The position numbers were made by a program, and so were the translations under genes. A stretch of 64,000 bases of DNA from Batkoa obscura (taxonomy: Eukaryota), in assembly GCA_030770535.1 (NCBI GenBank), contig JASVEC010000003.1:1054001-1118000 (forward strand), in the 5' to 3' direction. Positions 11,872 to 27,937 of the stretch are shown here, piece by piece; the first letter of the stretch is position 1; each line of letters starts with the position of its first letter. Under the pieces are notes generated by a model, which saw only the letters and a program-made list of their open reading frames with translations, was not told the origin of the DNA and ran no database searches.

Positions 11872-13161
11872 ATGACCCAAAGAAAACATTATACAATAGA
11901 AGAAATCCTTGCCCGAGGCAAAAGGGATCCGTTCCACCCATATTTAAAAATAGCGGCTCCAATGGTAAGATACTCCAAGCTACCTTTTCGACAATTATTA
12001 CAAGAGTAAGTCCAATATAATCCCCTTCTCTTAACCACAAGTAATCCACTGTTTCCTTAGTTATAACCTAGACCTTGTTTACACTCCCATGATACTTTCT
12101 GATGTATTTTCCTCTTCATCACTTGCACGTGATAGTGATTTTACTACCACCAGTAATGAATCCCCCCTAGCTGTTCAATTAGCTGCAAAAAACAGTAAAG
12201 AAGCTGGGGATGCATCAGAATTTTTAGCAAACTATTGTGATGTAATTGATATTAATTGTGGTTGTCCACAAAAATGGGCCATTAATGAAGGGATTGGTGG
12301 GCATTTAATGAGTCAACCGGAAATTGTGAGGGAGATTGTTAGAGAGGTAAAGAATAGAAGTGGTATGCAATGCTCCATTAAAATTCGAGTTCATAAGGAG
12401 TTAAGGTGAGTTTCAAGAGTTAATTGGAAAATTTAGTGGTGGATATTAAGGAGATTAATTTTTAATTTTTATTTAATGTTATTTTTATTAGTAAAACAAT
12501 TGAAATGGTCAAAAGAGCGGAAAGCGTTGGTGTTGCTTGGATAACAGTCCATGGCAGAACAGTGAAACAGAGTTCTTCTGAAGAAGTTAATTATGAAGCT
12601 ATTAAAATGGTAAAAGAACATGCTACGGTACCAGTATTTGGTAATGGGAATATATTTAGTTTGGCAGATGCGGATGAGATGGTGGAAAAGACTAAAGTGG
12701 ATGGTAAGATGGGAAGGAATAGAGAGAGAAATTCGAGGATAATTATTGATAAGTTTGATTTTTTAGGGGTCATGTCCGCAAGAGGGATATTAAATAATCC
12801 AGCTTTATTTACAAATGCACCTTATACCCCAATAGAATGTGTAGAGGTAAGTTTTAAGTAATATAAATAGAAAATAGTGATTTTATTAATATATATGTTA
12901 TTGGTAGAAATACGTTCATAAAGCATTAGAACAAGGCACGAATACATTTATATTTCATCATCATTTAATGTATATGCTGGAAAGTACAATGTCAAAAGCA
13001 GGTAGGTCTTTAATTTGTTGAACATGAAATTTAAATGATAAGAAGTTTATTAATGTTAATTTTATTTTATTTTAGAAAAAAAAAGTTTTAATGTCTTATC
13101 ATCGATACCAGCGATTTTAGATCATCTAGAGGAACATTATGGGTTAGAGTGCATGGAGTAA
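11872..13161 (+). CDS. DUS4: tRNA-dihydrouridine synthase, DUS4-like; about 6 exons
   Basis: AAPMVRYSKLPFR, ARDSDFTT, DINCGCPQKWA, SIKIRVH, ITVHGRT, GNGNI, GVMSARGILNNPALF. Confidence 0.87.
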
Positions 13162-13658
13162 AAGATAGAAGGAAGTAATGGGTTTTGTAAAATAAAAACT
13201 AATGTTGATAGATTAAGTTTGAGTTATTTATTTGAATTTTTTGTATAGTAAGAAGCGGAGTTTTTCATTTATTTTTGTTTAGTAAGATAAGTGATGGTAC
13301 AATATGATATCGAAGTAAAAAACATGACAAAATATTAAAAGAATAATAAATGGAATGTTTGTAGAAGTAGTTATACTATATTTTATCATCACTATTTAGC
13401 ATAGCTTTATGTTTTATTATATTAAAACTCAACAATTGTCAAAAGATATATTTCGTAAAATAGTTTAGCAGGATTACTAAATTTAGCAAGTATTAATTTC
13501 TAAAATTCTAAATTTAAGGGGAGCTTTAAATGAAGTTTGGCAAAAGGTTAAGAATTACAGTTGGTGACTAAATGAAATTTAATTTTAAAAACTGTAAAAA
13601 TTGCATTAACTATTCTTCAACTTGTTAATTTGCATTAAAAAAAAAAACACTTCAATAT

Positions 13659-15708
13659 ATGTCCAATATCGTCAACAACACTACCATGGACACTGACGTC
13701 AAGCCACCTACTATACGTTCTAGATCGAGCACCATTGATTCCAATTATGACACTCAATATAATAATTCATTATTAAGCAACTCAAATTCGATATATATTT
13801 CTCAGAAAGAATTGAAGACTTCCATGGATACATTTAAGAATTTATTAGCTTGCACCATGGAATTTGAGCATAAAATTCAAGATTTTTCAAAAGCTTCAAG
13901 TGATTTTGCTAGTCAAATAGAAAATTTGGCACGACTTAAAGGAGTGGATGAAGAAGGTAAGCTGAAGGTTTCTTGGGTATTAAAGTTTTGAAGGATTTTA
14001 ATGCTAACAAATTGTTTTTTTAGCTGATGGTTTACAATCCATTTCAGGTCTTCACTTCGTTATGGCTACTCATATTGAATTGCTGGTATGCTATAAATAA
14101 CAAATTAACTTCTTTTTTATATCATAGTTAACAGTCTTTATTTTTTTAGTCTCAAGCATTAAATCAATCGGTAATATTACCTTTAGAGAAAAGTTTGCTA
14201 AGTTTTGAAGAAAAACTAAAGGTAAGTTGGTTTATTTATTTATTAAAGAACATGAAGGCTGATGATTGTTTGATTTATAATAGACTGAAGAAAATGAACG
14301 ACAAAAAACGTTAGCTTATATAAGTCATAAAATTAAAGTAACTGAAGCAAGGAGTTTAGAAACAGCTAAAAAAGGGACAAGGGGTAAGATTGTTATTTAA
14401 TAATTATAACAATGATATACTAAATTTTATTTTCAATTTCAATTTCATTCAGATTTAACTCAATTTCGTAATATCTTAACTGAACTAACTAATCAAGTAG
14501 ATGAAATGGAACGAGTGAATCAAGAACATTATATTAAAAAATATGAATGGCAAAGAGAAAATGGCTTATTTATAAAGCAATGTTTAAATTCTTTTGTTAA
14601 AGTCGAAATTGAGTTATTTGATCGTATTATTTCAAAATGTATTCAAGATGATTATTTAAAAAAAGTAAGTTTTCAACTCTATTATAACAGCATAGTATAC
14701 TAATACTAATACTAATGATTTTTACTTATTTATTTATTTTTTATTAAATAGATAATTACTGAAGAACCCGAACCATTTTCAATCTATGATAGAGTAGATA
14801 AAAATAAAGAAGAACTATTTACTGTATTACCAACTACACCTATCTTTGAACAACAATCTTTACATCATTTATCAAATACAATAGCTTACCATTCGTTTAT
14901 TCCGAATTCATTTAATAATAATAATAATAGTAATAATAATAATACAGATGGGAATAATGAGAACAATAATAATAACAACAACAATAATAACAATAATAAC
15001 AATGATAACAATAATAACAATAATAACAATGTAACCCCACCTTTAACGCCCACAATAAATATTAATAATATTTCAATAAATAATCAAAGTAACAGTATGG
15101 ATATTACTAATTTATTAAATAGTGAAGAAGAGACTACTAACATCCAGAACCACGGAACAATCAATAGATCAACTAAAACAGAAGTTGAAAAAATCTCAAA
15201 ACAAAACAATAGCAGCAATTATAATTACAAAGAATATGAATTCAAATCATCTTCACCATTAATGTCAGATCATTCTAATGACTATTATTATGATATTAAT
15301 GGTAACCTAAGAGATATTACGCCTCTGATATCACCTTTACCTATGAGTGAACACAATCCTACTCCATTAAGTAAAAATGTAGATTATTCATATTATAATG
15401 AATTAAATGGGAATAGCAGTAATGAAGAGAGTAATAGTAATAAGAACGATAATGAAAAAGAGAATATGAATGAAATTTATGAATTACATCGAAATGATAG
15501 TATTGTTACTATGGATTCCATACAAAGTTTTAATAGTAGTAATATTAGTGTTAATAGTAATAGTAGAATGGATGATGATGAACAGAATGGACAAGAGAAT
15601 ATCCAAACTAAAAATAAAGAAAAAGGAAAAAAGAAAGATAGTTTATATAATCAAGTTATCAAACAAAATTTTAGGGAAAGTAACACAGCTTTAAAGGGGG
15701 CAGAATAG
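13659..15708 (+). CDS. Ivy1-like I-BAR/IMD-domain protein with an Asn/Ser-rich disordered C-terminus; about 6 exons
   Basis: ISQKELKTSMDTFKNLL..ASSDFASQIENLARLKG..GLQSISGLHFVMATHIELLSQAL..ILPLE resembles the Ivy1 family pattern; canonical introns. Confidence 0.65.
14915..15030 (+). repeat. AAT/AAC trinucleotide tract encoding poly-Asn
   Basis: Imperfect (AAY)n run inside the last exon of the Ivy1-like gene. Confidence 0.8.
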
Positions 15709-16269
15709 ATATTCGAGTGAGTTTAGTTTTAAGATAGTTTTTTTAAGAGTTTTGCTTCGATAAAGTGGATCAAGGAGATTTTGGGTTTTTTTGAAGTAGA
15801 TTATTATTTTATTAGTTTTTTAAAAAATAAAAAAAAAAGTGTATTATTAACTTTTCTCCATTTTTTAATAGGATGTTTTAACTTGATTTAATTTTTTAAA
15901 CTATGTTTTACCATGATTTTTAAATAAATGAAAAAAAAAGAGTGTATTATTCAATATTTTAATTAATTTATTCTTACAGTATTCCTATTTTTACTTTTAA
16001 TTAAATTTCTCAAAACTTGAATTTACTTTAAACAATAACTAAGTAAATATCAATAATATTTACACTTAATCCATCTTTAAGTTTTAATAGGCTCATTTTT
16101 TTACCAATTATCACTCACTGCTTCAAATTTTATTTTAAATTTTCAAAAAATGAATCGACTACGTAATTCCAAATAAAATGAACTAAATTAAAAGAAGCGG
16201 TAAACTCGACTCTTTTATTTTTCTTTGCATTTGCCTTTTTGCTTCTATTTTATCCTACTTTAACTAATA

Positions 16270-16901
16270 ATGTCTTGGCAAGCTTTTGTAGATACCAATT
16301 TAATTGGTAGTAATAATTTTAATAAAGCATTAATAATTGATCATCAAAATAATGTTTGGGCTACCTCCGAAGAGAAATTACATGTAAGTTCAATTACAAA
16401 TCCTCTCCCTCCTCCTTTCACATTTCAATAATAAGAAAAATAAACTAATGCAAGAAATTTTAATTATTTTTTAGTTATCAAAAGAAGATTTCAGTGTATT
16501 AGAACAAGCGTATGAAAAACCAGAAATAATTTTTACTCATGGATTTACTATTAGAGAAAAAAAATATCGTGCTATTAAAGCTGATAATAGAAGTGTTTAT
16601 GGGAAAGCAGTGGTAAGTTATTTTCTTCAATATTTTATTTTAAACAATAGCAAGTTCTTGCCTGATAATAATAATAGTAAATTTAACTAAGATATTATTT
16701 TTAGGATAACTCTGGTGGTATAACAATAGTCAAAACAAACCGCTGTTATTTAATTGGTTTTTATGACGACGATGTGAAGCCTGGATTTGCATCAGCTACT
16801 ATTGAAGAGTTGGGGGACCAGCTTATTGAAGCTAACTTTGTGAGTTTTTATATTATTATTTTAAACTAATAAGTTATTAATTATTTTTGATATTTTAGTA
16901 A
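16270..16901 (+). CDS. Profilin (divergent); 4 exons; absent from the ORF track
   Basis: MSWQAFVDTNLIGS..VWATS | ..GFTIREKKYRAIKADNRSVYGK | ..GITIVKTNRCYLIGFY..IEELGDQLIEANF | TAA. Confidence 0.88.
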
Positions 16902-17057
16902 AAATAAAATTACTTGCTCATTTTTTCATATTTATTAATTTAATACTTTATTTTTCAATATATTTACAATAATCAATAATAAATTAAATTAAAACATTTA
17001 AAAATAAGTTATTTCTATCCTCCCTTTAATTTATAATAACAACTATCCTATTTATAA

Positions 17058-19070
<2,013 letters not shown>

Positions 19071-19599
19071 TTTATTTTGTTTATTTTATTGTTATGTATA
19101 TGTTATATAAGTTATATGAAACAAGTTGTTTTTTTGTTTATTCTATCTATTTCTATTATTTATAAACTATATAAATTAAAAAATAAAACCTGGAAACTGA
19201 GGTTAAATTTCAAGTTATATTATGGGATTCGGGCAAGATTCTAGATTTTATAAATTTATCCTCTTATTCTTAAATATTAAATGAAGACCTATCATTTCTA
19301 AATTATTCAAATATTAGCCAGAAATTTCAATTTTAATGCCATTTATAGTAAATTGACAGTGAAAATTTACTTTAATTAAATTTTATTTTTTCTTTTCTAT
19401 AGTTTATGTATTTATTATGGTGTATGAGCTTAATTCATAAGATGTAAAAGCGATTACAACTATAAATGTAGTGCGATAATATTGGATTTGAAATGATTTG
19501 AAATGATTTGATTGCGGAAGTATAGTTTTTTATAATTTATAATGTTTATTTAGTAAATTAGCATTACTAATTTACTTTAATTAAACTATAATATTTAAT

Positions 19600-21002
19600 C
19601 TTTTATTATGATTTATTGCTTATTTTGAAGTATGAGTTTGGTTCATAAGATACAAATGCGTATTGTGATTTAAAAGGCACTGTGAGAGGAATCTATTAGC
19701 TAGATAGACTATAAATTTGAAATTGTAGTTTATACTTTGTGTTTAATAAAGGTTGTCATTTATTTTCTTATAAAATTCTAATTTTAAATCATGTTATTGC
19801 TTACTGATTAAATCAAAAAATACATTGATATTTGTATATTTGAAACTAATAGCACGAAAATTTATTTATTCAGATAATAATATTAAAAAATATCTAAAAT
19901 GATATTGTTGTAGAATTTAAAGCCAGGAAGAGCGTACAAAATGATCAAATGCCAGTTTTAAAGACAGTAGTTGTTCCCAGTAATATGGATTTATTTTAAA
20001 AATGAAAAGTCATAAAGTAAATTTATATTAGGCATTAATTTATCAATGTTATAAAGTTGGACACTTCTATTTTTTGGTTTTTCATAAATAAATCATTGAC
20101 ATTTATACACATCTCTTTTATATTAAAAACATTACTAAAATAGCTTATAGAAGCTTCATTTAGTAGAATACTTGTTAATAGCAATGACTCAAGTAAATGA
20201 AAGTTGGAAGCTTTGTAAAAATTTAGAGACACTGAAAGAATATCACAAAGAGTTATCAACTTCTTTATCTGTTTAAATGACTCCTTTAATTTTTCAAATT
20301 CGTTGAAATTGATTAAAGAGGGTTTGAGTTTGATCATTAAAATCAAGTTTATTTGGATTAAGTAAATTGATTAGATAATCTAAGTTAATTGAAGTTCTGG
20401 TGTGAACAACTAAAGTTTTAACTTGAGATAGTAAACTTTTATGCTCCAATAAAACTGACTCGTTGTTATCTTCAAGAGTCAATACTATCTTCTTTAAATA
20501 AGGTAATTCCTGTGGTACTAAATTATTTAAGGTATTCTCATCAATTAAGTGATAGTAACTGATCAATAGTCCCACTATATTATATTATAATAGTAAATAG
20601 TTTAACTCCCTATCTTTGAAATCTAAATTTTGAATATTATTACTATAACTTTGGTAAAACAAATATTGTATATCCGAGTGATCAATTGAAATTGAATAAG
20701 TTGAATTTGAATAAACTGTATGTCTATATGAAGGTGTTTTTTTTTGTTTCATTACTTTTTTCATTTTTTAAGCGCTATTTGAGTGAAAAGACTATCAGTA
20801 AAATCCTTAAACAAAAAAACACATTCCCATATGATGTATTTAAACAAATTGAGTAACATAAATTAGTAAAAATAAGTTGATTAATTTGCATAAACAATGC
20901 TTTATTTAAAAATCTTAGATCAAATAGTTCATATGGATATACGAAATTGGAAATAGTATTGATAGTAATGTCTGGTAAGTTATCTAGCTTTAGAGTACTT
21001 AT
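19600..21002 (-). pseudogene. F-box/LRR-like pseudogene (subfamily 1)
   Basis: ISTLKLDNLPDITINTISNFVYPYELFDLRFLNKAL; start reads ATA, MITE insertion, in-frame TAA, frameshift and a ~137-bp deletion; 3' end approximate. Confidence 0.75.
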
Positions 21003-21220
21003 TTTATGCTCAAAAAATAAACAAAATCTTCGATATTCTCTCTATTTATACTATTTTATAAAAATGCTAATTCTAGAAGACTTAATTTATTATTGCTTAA
21101 TTATTTTTGTTTAAATGATTTAGATTACATTGATATTGCTTCACCATTCACTCATTTCAATTTGATTTGAAAAGGCATTAATATGATGAAACGCATTCAA
21201 TCAATATTTATCAACGTTTC
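19915..21220. repeat. Direct repeat A (about 1.3 kb), near-identical to 24832-26280
   Basis: Identical ORF translations at a 5054-bp offset; shared MITE insertion. Confidence 0.95.
20730..20828 (+). mobile_element. MITE copy inserted in an F-box pseudogene
   Basis: ATAT on both sides; removing the element plus one ATAT restores the frame LNTSYRHTVYSN. Confidence 0.9.
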
Positions 21221-21777
21221 GAGCTTTTATGGTTTTCATTTATCTCATAGCAACTTTAATAATTCCTAAATAAACTTAAAAATATTTGCTATATTAAATA
21301 AAAAAATTTTAGTAGTATAAGTTTTGTCATTTAGATTATCATTTGTTTTACTCTAGCATCTTTTAAACATAAAAAATAAACATAAACGCTTATATTTAAG
21401 TCTATCAAAATGACTATTTGCTCATGATGAAATAAAAATATAACTCTTCACTTTTTATTTTTATTATAATAAAAAATGCATTGAGGTTTTGACTTTCCAA
21501 GAAAATAACATGATGGTTGATACTTTTTAAAAAATTGAATAAAACAACATTCTATAAATAATGTTGATTTTCTTATTAAAAGTAAAATGTCATTAGTTAC
21601 AATAGCAAGTGTTTACACTAAAAAATAATTTTAGAATGAAAACAGTTTATACTCTCACTGTTAGCTTTTTATAATAATAAAAAACTTATTTATGCAATGA
21701 ATTTATACATAAAAGTTGATATTAATTTAAGATCATCACTTTATTGTATAGAAATATAAAAGATTAATGTAGTACAC

Positions 21778-23734
21778 TTAATCAGTGCTTGAACGCAAAC
21801 ATATTGATAGGCTTATCTGGCGTATTAATAATACGTAATTTAGATTTTACATCATTTTCATCCTTTAATTTAAAGCTAAAATTTCGAACTAATGAAGCAG
21901 TAGCTAAATAAAGCTCCATCCAAGCCAAACTATATAGTATTAATTAGCTTATATAACAATGAATTTTTATATATTTTTATGATTACCTTCTACCTAAACA
22001 AGCTCTTGGACCGATTAAAAAAGGCATAAAATATTTATGGGCTTTAAATTGACCATCTTCATTAACCCATCTTTCTGGATTATATACATCAGGATCCTTC
22101 CAATATTTAGTATTATAATGAAGTGAAAATATACTAGTTGCTACAATAGTCTATAATTGATTAATGAATTCATGAATATAGATATAATAAATTACATTTT
22201 CAGGAATAAAATGACCTTCAATTACTTTCCCACCTTTTGGTACATATCTTGGCATATTTCCAGAAGCTGCTGGATAAATTCTTAAACTTTCATAGATGAC
22301 CGCTTTAAGGTAAACACACTCTTTACACCTACTATAATCTACAGTTTCCTTATCTGGGAAAGTTTCAAACAATTCGGCTTTTAACTTGTTATAAATTTCA
22401 GGATGTTTAGATAAAAGATAAAACGTCCTAATTAATAATTAAAATGGGGAATAAGATCATGAATATAATTAAAGTACCAAGTCAACGAATTAGAAGTTGT
22501 GTCTGAACCAGCGGCACTATAAATAAATTAGTATGATATGATTAATACCGTTAATTTATTACATTTGAATAATAGATTCTTCCACAATTTCCTTTTCACT
22601 AAGTTTCTTCCCAGTATCTGGATCGGAAGCGTTAATTAAAGTGCTTAGGATAGTAACTCTATCCGAGTCTTCTTTAGCGTTTTTGACAGCTTCATGAGAA
22701 AACTAGTAGGAATTAGTAGGAATATTTATGCTTTTGATACTCAATATCTTACTTTATAAAGCGAAGTTATACCATCAAACTTGAAGTTCTTTAAAAATGG
22801 AAATACACCAACCTTAAAATTTAATTATTATTTTGTAACAGATATAAATAAAATAATTACTAGAATAATTGTACGAGGTAAGTTTTTGACCCACCCAATA
22901 ACTGGATGATAGCCATTTTTTATCATATCAAAAGATTTACCATATGCTAGATCTCCAATTACATCCTAATAATATGTAATTTAATATCAAACAGGGTGAA
23001 AATAATAAACCCTTACAAAAGAGAAATAATGAAATAGTAAACCAAAATCAAAATCTTTTTCCTCTGAAGCCATTTCTTCAACTTTGTTAACTAAATTAAA
23101 AACATTTCCTTTGACTAAATATTCTACACTTGCTATTGTTTTATCTGAAAAACTAGGAGCAAGAATTTTTTTCTAATAAATTAATATCTATAAATATTAT
23201 TGACTTTCTTAAACTACTTACTCTTTGACGATGGAAATCTTTATCCCTAAATAACTTATAAATATTTTTATATATCAAATATTAAGTTAGTTACATTGTA
23301 CTAAGGATATTTTCCCCAGTAACTTGGAATCCATGATAGAACCCACTTTTTGTGAAGGCATAAGTGGAATAGATTTCTTTTGCTGCTTCATCAGATGAAA
23401 AAGATATAGTATTCCAATCTAATAAAATAGTTAATTTCAAATCATTGAAATATTCATTCCTTTACCTAATCTCACTGCTTCGCCATACTTTTCATGAAGC
23501 CCTCTTATATATGTGTGGACAGTTCCATTAAATGTGTATATTCTATAAAAACCAGGAATAATATGATGGATTAATGGACCTGGGATTTTTCTTAAGGGAC
23601 TAAAAAATAGACTGTATAATATCTAAAGAAATGTTATTATCTACAAAATCAATAGATATAAGTTATACTTTATAAATCCAAAAAGAGAAAATAACTATTG
23701 CAATATAAGATAATAATGCATTTAAATTAGGCAT
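21778..23734 (-). CDS. Cytochrome P450 (CYP53-clan-like by appearance), intron-rich with small exons
   Basis: N-terminal TM, SPLRKIPGP, AGSDTT (I-helix), ESLR (ExxR), YNPERW, PFLIGPRACLGR heme motif; 25-nt exon at 23222-23246. Confidence 0.92.
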
Positions 23735-24739
23735 TTTTTAAACTTTTATTATGAATGTTTTGGCCTAATTTATAGGCCTTTTTAATTTCGGAGAAAGTTT
23801 CAAAACCAGCCGTCCCGCACACTTTTGGTATTATTGTTAATGCTTTTGAAAGAACTTGGTTGTTATTACTGGTAGTTTTTTTCAACTACATGCTAACTTG
23901 ATTCTAACAATCAATGATAGTTTAATGCGGGAAAATTTACCCTAGAAATGAAAAACTATACTTGGCTGTAAGTTTTATATTAATTTATCAAGGATAGCTA
24001 AAAAGCACCTGGATGATACTTTGTTAAGTTCTATGTTTTTGAACTGTGATATTTAAAAGCTGGGCCAATTTAAAGCCAAGGTTCAACTTTTGTCCGATTT
24101 TAGTTATCATTAGTTTCGAACACTTTTATACTGTTTAGCTGTGATTTATATTACTAATTATGTAGAGAATTAATTATATATATAGCTGCAAAGTATAAAT
24201 GGGCAGTAGCTAACCGTTTATTTAATGATAAAATTTCAGACACAAATTTGGCTAAAGTTTAAGGATTAAGCTTTAAAAAAAACCAACTAAATAGCAGCTG
24301 AAGGAATTTTGCGAGAAATTACACATTTGAACTTTCATCTGTATAATGTGAATTTTTTGATAGAAACTTCAATATAGTTTTTTTGTTTTTGAATGGTTAA
24401 ACAGCCCCCAAACTTGACTTGAACTTATTGTAAAACATGACTGTCAAATAAATTTTATAACTTGTAAGTTTAATGTAAAGACTAAAACTCCTGAAGTCAA
24501 TTTCCTTTGATCCACGGATCAAAGCTGTTGGCTACCCTTTAGTTCTCCCTCCTTACGGCTTTTTCTCATGTCAGGTCTATCTGTTTTCAGTACCTTACCT
24601 TTTTATTGATACTTAATGTCCAAAAATTCCATAAGCAATAACACACTGCCCCTATTGTGTAAAGAACCTAAAGAATACAGGGCTAAAGAGGTATTTGGTA
24701 ATACTTTTAGGTGATTTAAAAGCAATATTCAATAGATGA

Positions 24740-26054
24740 ATGTAAGTTTAAAAATTAAAAAAACAATGGTATAAAACTTTTATTCACTCAAGTAATAGTA
24801 TTAAAAATATCTAAAATAATACTGTTGTAAAATTTAAAGCCAGGAAGAGCGTACAAAATGATCAAATCTTTGAGATATTGGTACACAAACATTCATTTCA
24901 GAATCATTCATAATATAATCCTGCAAACAAAATTCTCGATCTGTATAGTTTAAATTGTAGATAATTAATATTCAGAGATTCTGTAACTGTAAAATAGTTT
25001 TAAAGCCAGTTTTAAAGACAGTAGTTGTTCCCAGTAATATGGATTTATTTTAAAAATGAAAAGTCATAAAGTAAATTTATATTAGGCATTAATTTATCAA
25101 TGTTATAAAGTTGGACACTTCTATTTTTTGGTTTTTCATAAATAAATCATTGACATTTATACACATCTCTTTTATATTAAAAACATTACTAAAATAGCTT
25201 ATAGAAGCTTCATTTAGTAGAATACTTGTTAATAGCAATGACTCAAGTAAATGAAAGTTGGAAGCTTTGTAAAAATTTAGAGACACTGAAAGAATATCAC
25301 AAAGAGTTATCAACTTCTTTATCTGTTTAAATGACTCCTTTAATTTTTCAAATTCGTTGAAATTGATTAAAGAGGGTTTGAGTTTGATCATTAAAATCAA
25401 GTTTATTTGGATTAAGTAAATTGATTAGATAATCTAAGTTAATTGAAGTTCTGGTGTGAACAACTAAAGTTTTAACTTGAGATAGTAAACTTTTATGCTC
25501 CAATAAAACTGACTCGTTGTTATCTTCAAGAGTCAATACTATCTTCTTTAAATAAGGTAATTCCTGTGGTACTAAATTATTTAAGGTATTCTCATCAATT
25601 AAGTGATAGTAACTGATCAATAGTCCCACTATATTATATTATAATAGTAAATAGTTTAACTCCCTATCTTTGAAATCTAAATTTTGAATATTATTACTAT
25701 AACTTTGGTAAAACAAATATTGTATATCCGAGTGATCAATTGAAATTGAATAAGTTGAATTTGAATAAACTGTATGTCTATATGAGGGTTTTTTTTTGTT
25801 TCATTACTTTTTTCATTTTTTAAGCGCTATTTGAGTGAAAAGACTATCAGTAAAATCCTTAAACAAAAAAACACATTCCCATATGATGTATTTAAACAAA
25901 TTGAGTAACATAAATTAGTAAAAATAAGTTGATTAATTTGCATAAACAATGCTTTATTTAAAAATCTTAGATCAAATAGTTCATATGGATATACGAAATT
26001 GGAAATAGTATCGATAGTAATGTCTGGTAAGTTATCTAGCTTTAGAGTACTTAT
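24740..26054 (-). pseudogene. F-box/LRR-like pseudogene (subfamily 1), duplicate of 19600-21002
   Basis: Same ATA start, MITE, stop and frameshift as the first copy; keeps the ~137 bp missing there. Confidence 0.75.
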
Positions 26055-26280
26055 TTTATGCTCAAAAAATAAACAAAATCTTCGATATTCTCTCTATTTA
26101 TACTATTTTATAAAAATGCTAATTCTAGAAGACTTAATTTATTATTGCTTAATTATTTTTGTTTAAATGATTTAGATTACATTGATATTGCTTCACCATT
26201 CACTCATTTCAATTATTTCAATTTGATTTGAAAAGGCATTAATGTGACAAAACGCATTCAATCAATATTTACCAACGTTT
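24832..26280. repeat. Direct repeat B, near-identical to 19915-21220
   Basis: By-eye alignment; extra segment 24868-25004. Confidence 0.95.
25784..25880 (+). mobile_element. MITE copy (duplicated with its host segment)
   Basis: ATAT flanks; same insertion site as 20730-20828. Confidence 0.9.
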
Positions 26281-27123
26281 CAAGTCTTTGAGATTTTTTG
26301 TTATTCAATAGTAGCTATGAATATGGATTAGTTTAAAAACTTAGTTCAAATTTTGTCCAATTTTGATTTTTAGAAAAAATTGCAATTAACCACAAAATGC
26401 TACAAAAATTTACTCTTTTACTTAATTTTAAAATAACTCGTATTGGAATGTTTTTGTTCGGTTTATTTGATATTTTTTATATTTTACGCTACGTAGGAAA
26501 TGGACAAAAAGATGAAATTAGAGTTTTATTTTTAATTTTGACTGTTTTAAACTTACCCATACATAAAAACTTAACACCTTTTATATTAAACAATATTTTT
26601 TGTTAGCAGTATGGACTTATTTAATCAGCTACAATTTGTTTCATTTTGATATCTTTTACATTTAAAAAGATAAACATGTGAGAACTTTTGGAATTCAATA
26701 AAGCAAGGTGCTGCTCAATGTTTTTCGAAAATTAAATGGGATATTATTGGAATAGAAAATATTCAGGTTTAAGATTTTCGATAAAAGATCAATGGAATAT
26801 TATTGCAATGGCAATTGTTGATTTCTTCTAAACTTGATAAGATGTTGGTAGGCTTTTAAAGCTATTAAAACAGTTTGCAATCAGATGTCTTTCGTTGTTT
26901 TTAATTTGGAGTTAAGATTTTAATATGAACTTAAGGATCTATAAAACCTGTGTAACCTTTAAACTCGTATTAGAAAAAGCTGACTCAAATTAAAAACAAC
27001 AGAAGGTATCTAACTGCAAGCTGTTCTAAAATTTAAGGAAAAAATAAAAATAAAATGGGTATATTGATAACAATAATTGTTTACTTGAAATAAAAAACTA
27101 AAAACAATGTTTACAGTATTAAA

Positions 27124-27937
27124 CTAATAGCTAGGAGGCAGCTCTTGAATATAATTACATTCCAAACCAAGTTTAAGTTGATTAGCACGACGATAATGAA
27201 AAGGTTGATCACCGAGATTGTATTTCAGTATAGTACCTTTAGTACTATAAATAGTAGGATATATTGCAGTAGAGTGAAACTGGTAATAGCATAAATCATT
27301 ACCATTATAAGTAAATGTGATTTCGTTTGATGATAAATCATAAAAACAACCTATAATATCTCCTTGTTTAAGAGTATGGACAAATGTATTTGGATATTGC
27401 TTTTCGTCCATATTCACACCACATATTTTATTGTTTAGTAGTATATGCGATTCTATATTAAGTTAGTAAACTTGCAAACGCTTATATATATTATTTACCA
27501 TGAATTTTACTACCACTTTTGTTCGCATATCCAAATAAAAGCTCAAAGCTTCCACTGAAATCCAACAATTCGATTTCATAATACATCGATTCTGGATTCA
27601 CTTTGTATTTTTTTGCTTGTATTATACAACTATCATTAAAATATATACTATTATTTTCTTTAGGTATTATCTTTTCTTCCTCTCCAACAGTTGCTTTAAA
27701 TTTGCTCTTATTTTTCAAGTTATTTTCAATCCTTATTTCGCTTAATTGAATCGTCACATTATCACCTCTCATTCGAATAGCTCTATTTATATTTTCTTCT
27801 CTCTCCAACCTTTCTATATTTTCAAGCCTTTGTTTCACACGCTTATACCTATAACTAAGCATATAAAATGCTATTGCAACTCCAAAAATACATACTAAAA
27901 GTGAGATAGCAGCATTTACAAAGTTATCAAGTGCCAT
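27124..27937 (-). CDS. Ssh4/Ear1-like protein: N-terminal TM anchor, SPRY/B30.2 domain, C-terminal PPSY (PY) motif; 2 exons
   Basis: Hydrophobic N-terminus; YYEIELL, FGYA, LKQGDIIGCFYD, ITFTYNG, IYPTI, YNLGDQPFHY are SPRY-type motifs; an intron at ~27453-27498 joins the two ORFs in frame; ends LPPSY*. Confidence 0.8.

Noticed and set aside
26680..26820. FSKIKWDIIGIE fragment reminiscent of a LINE endonuclease, within a two-copy ~52-bp degenerate repeat
   Set aside because: Too short, with no further endonuclease or RT motifs nearby
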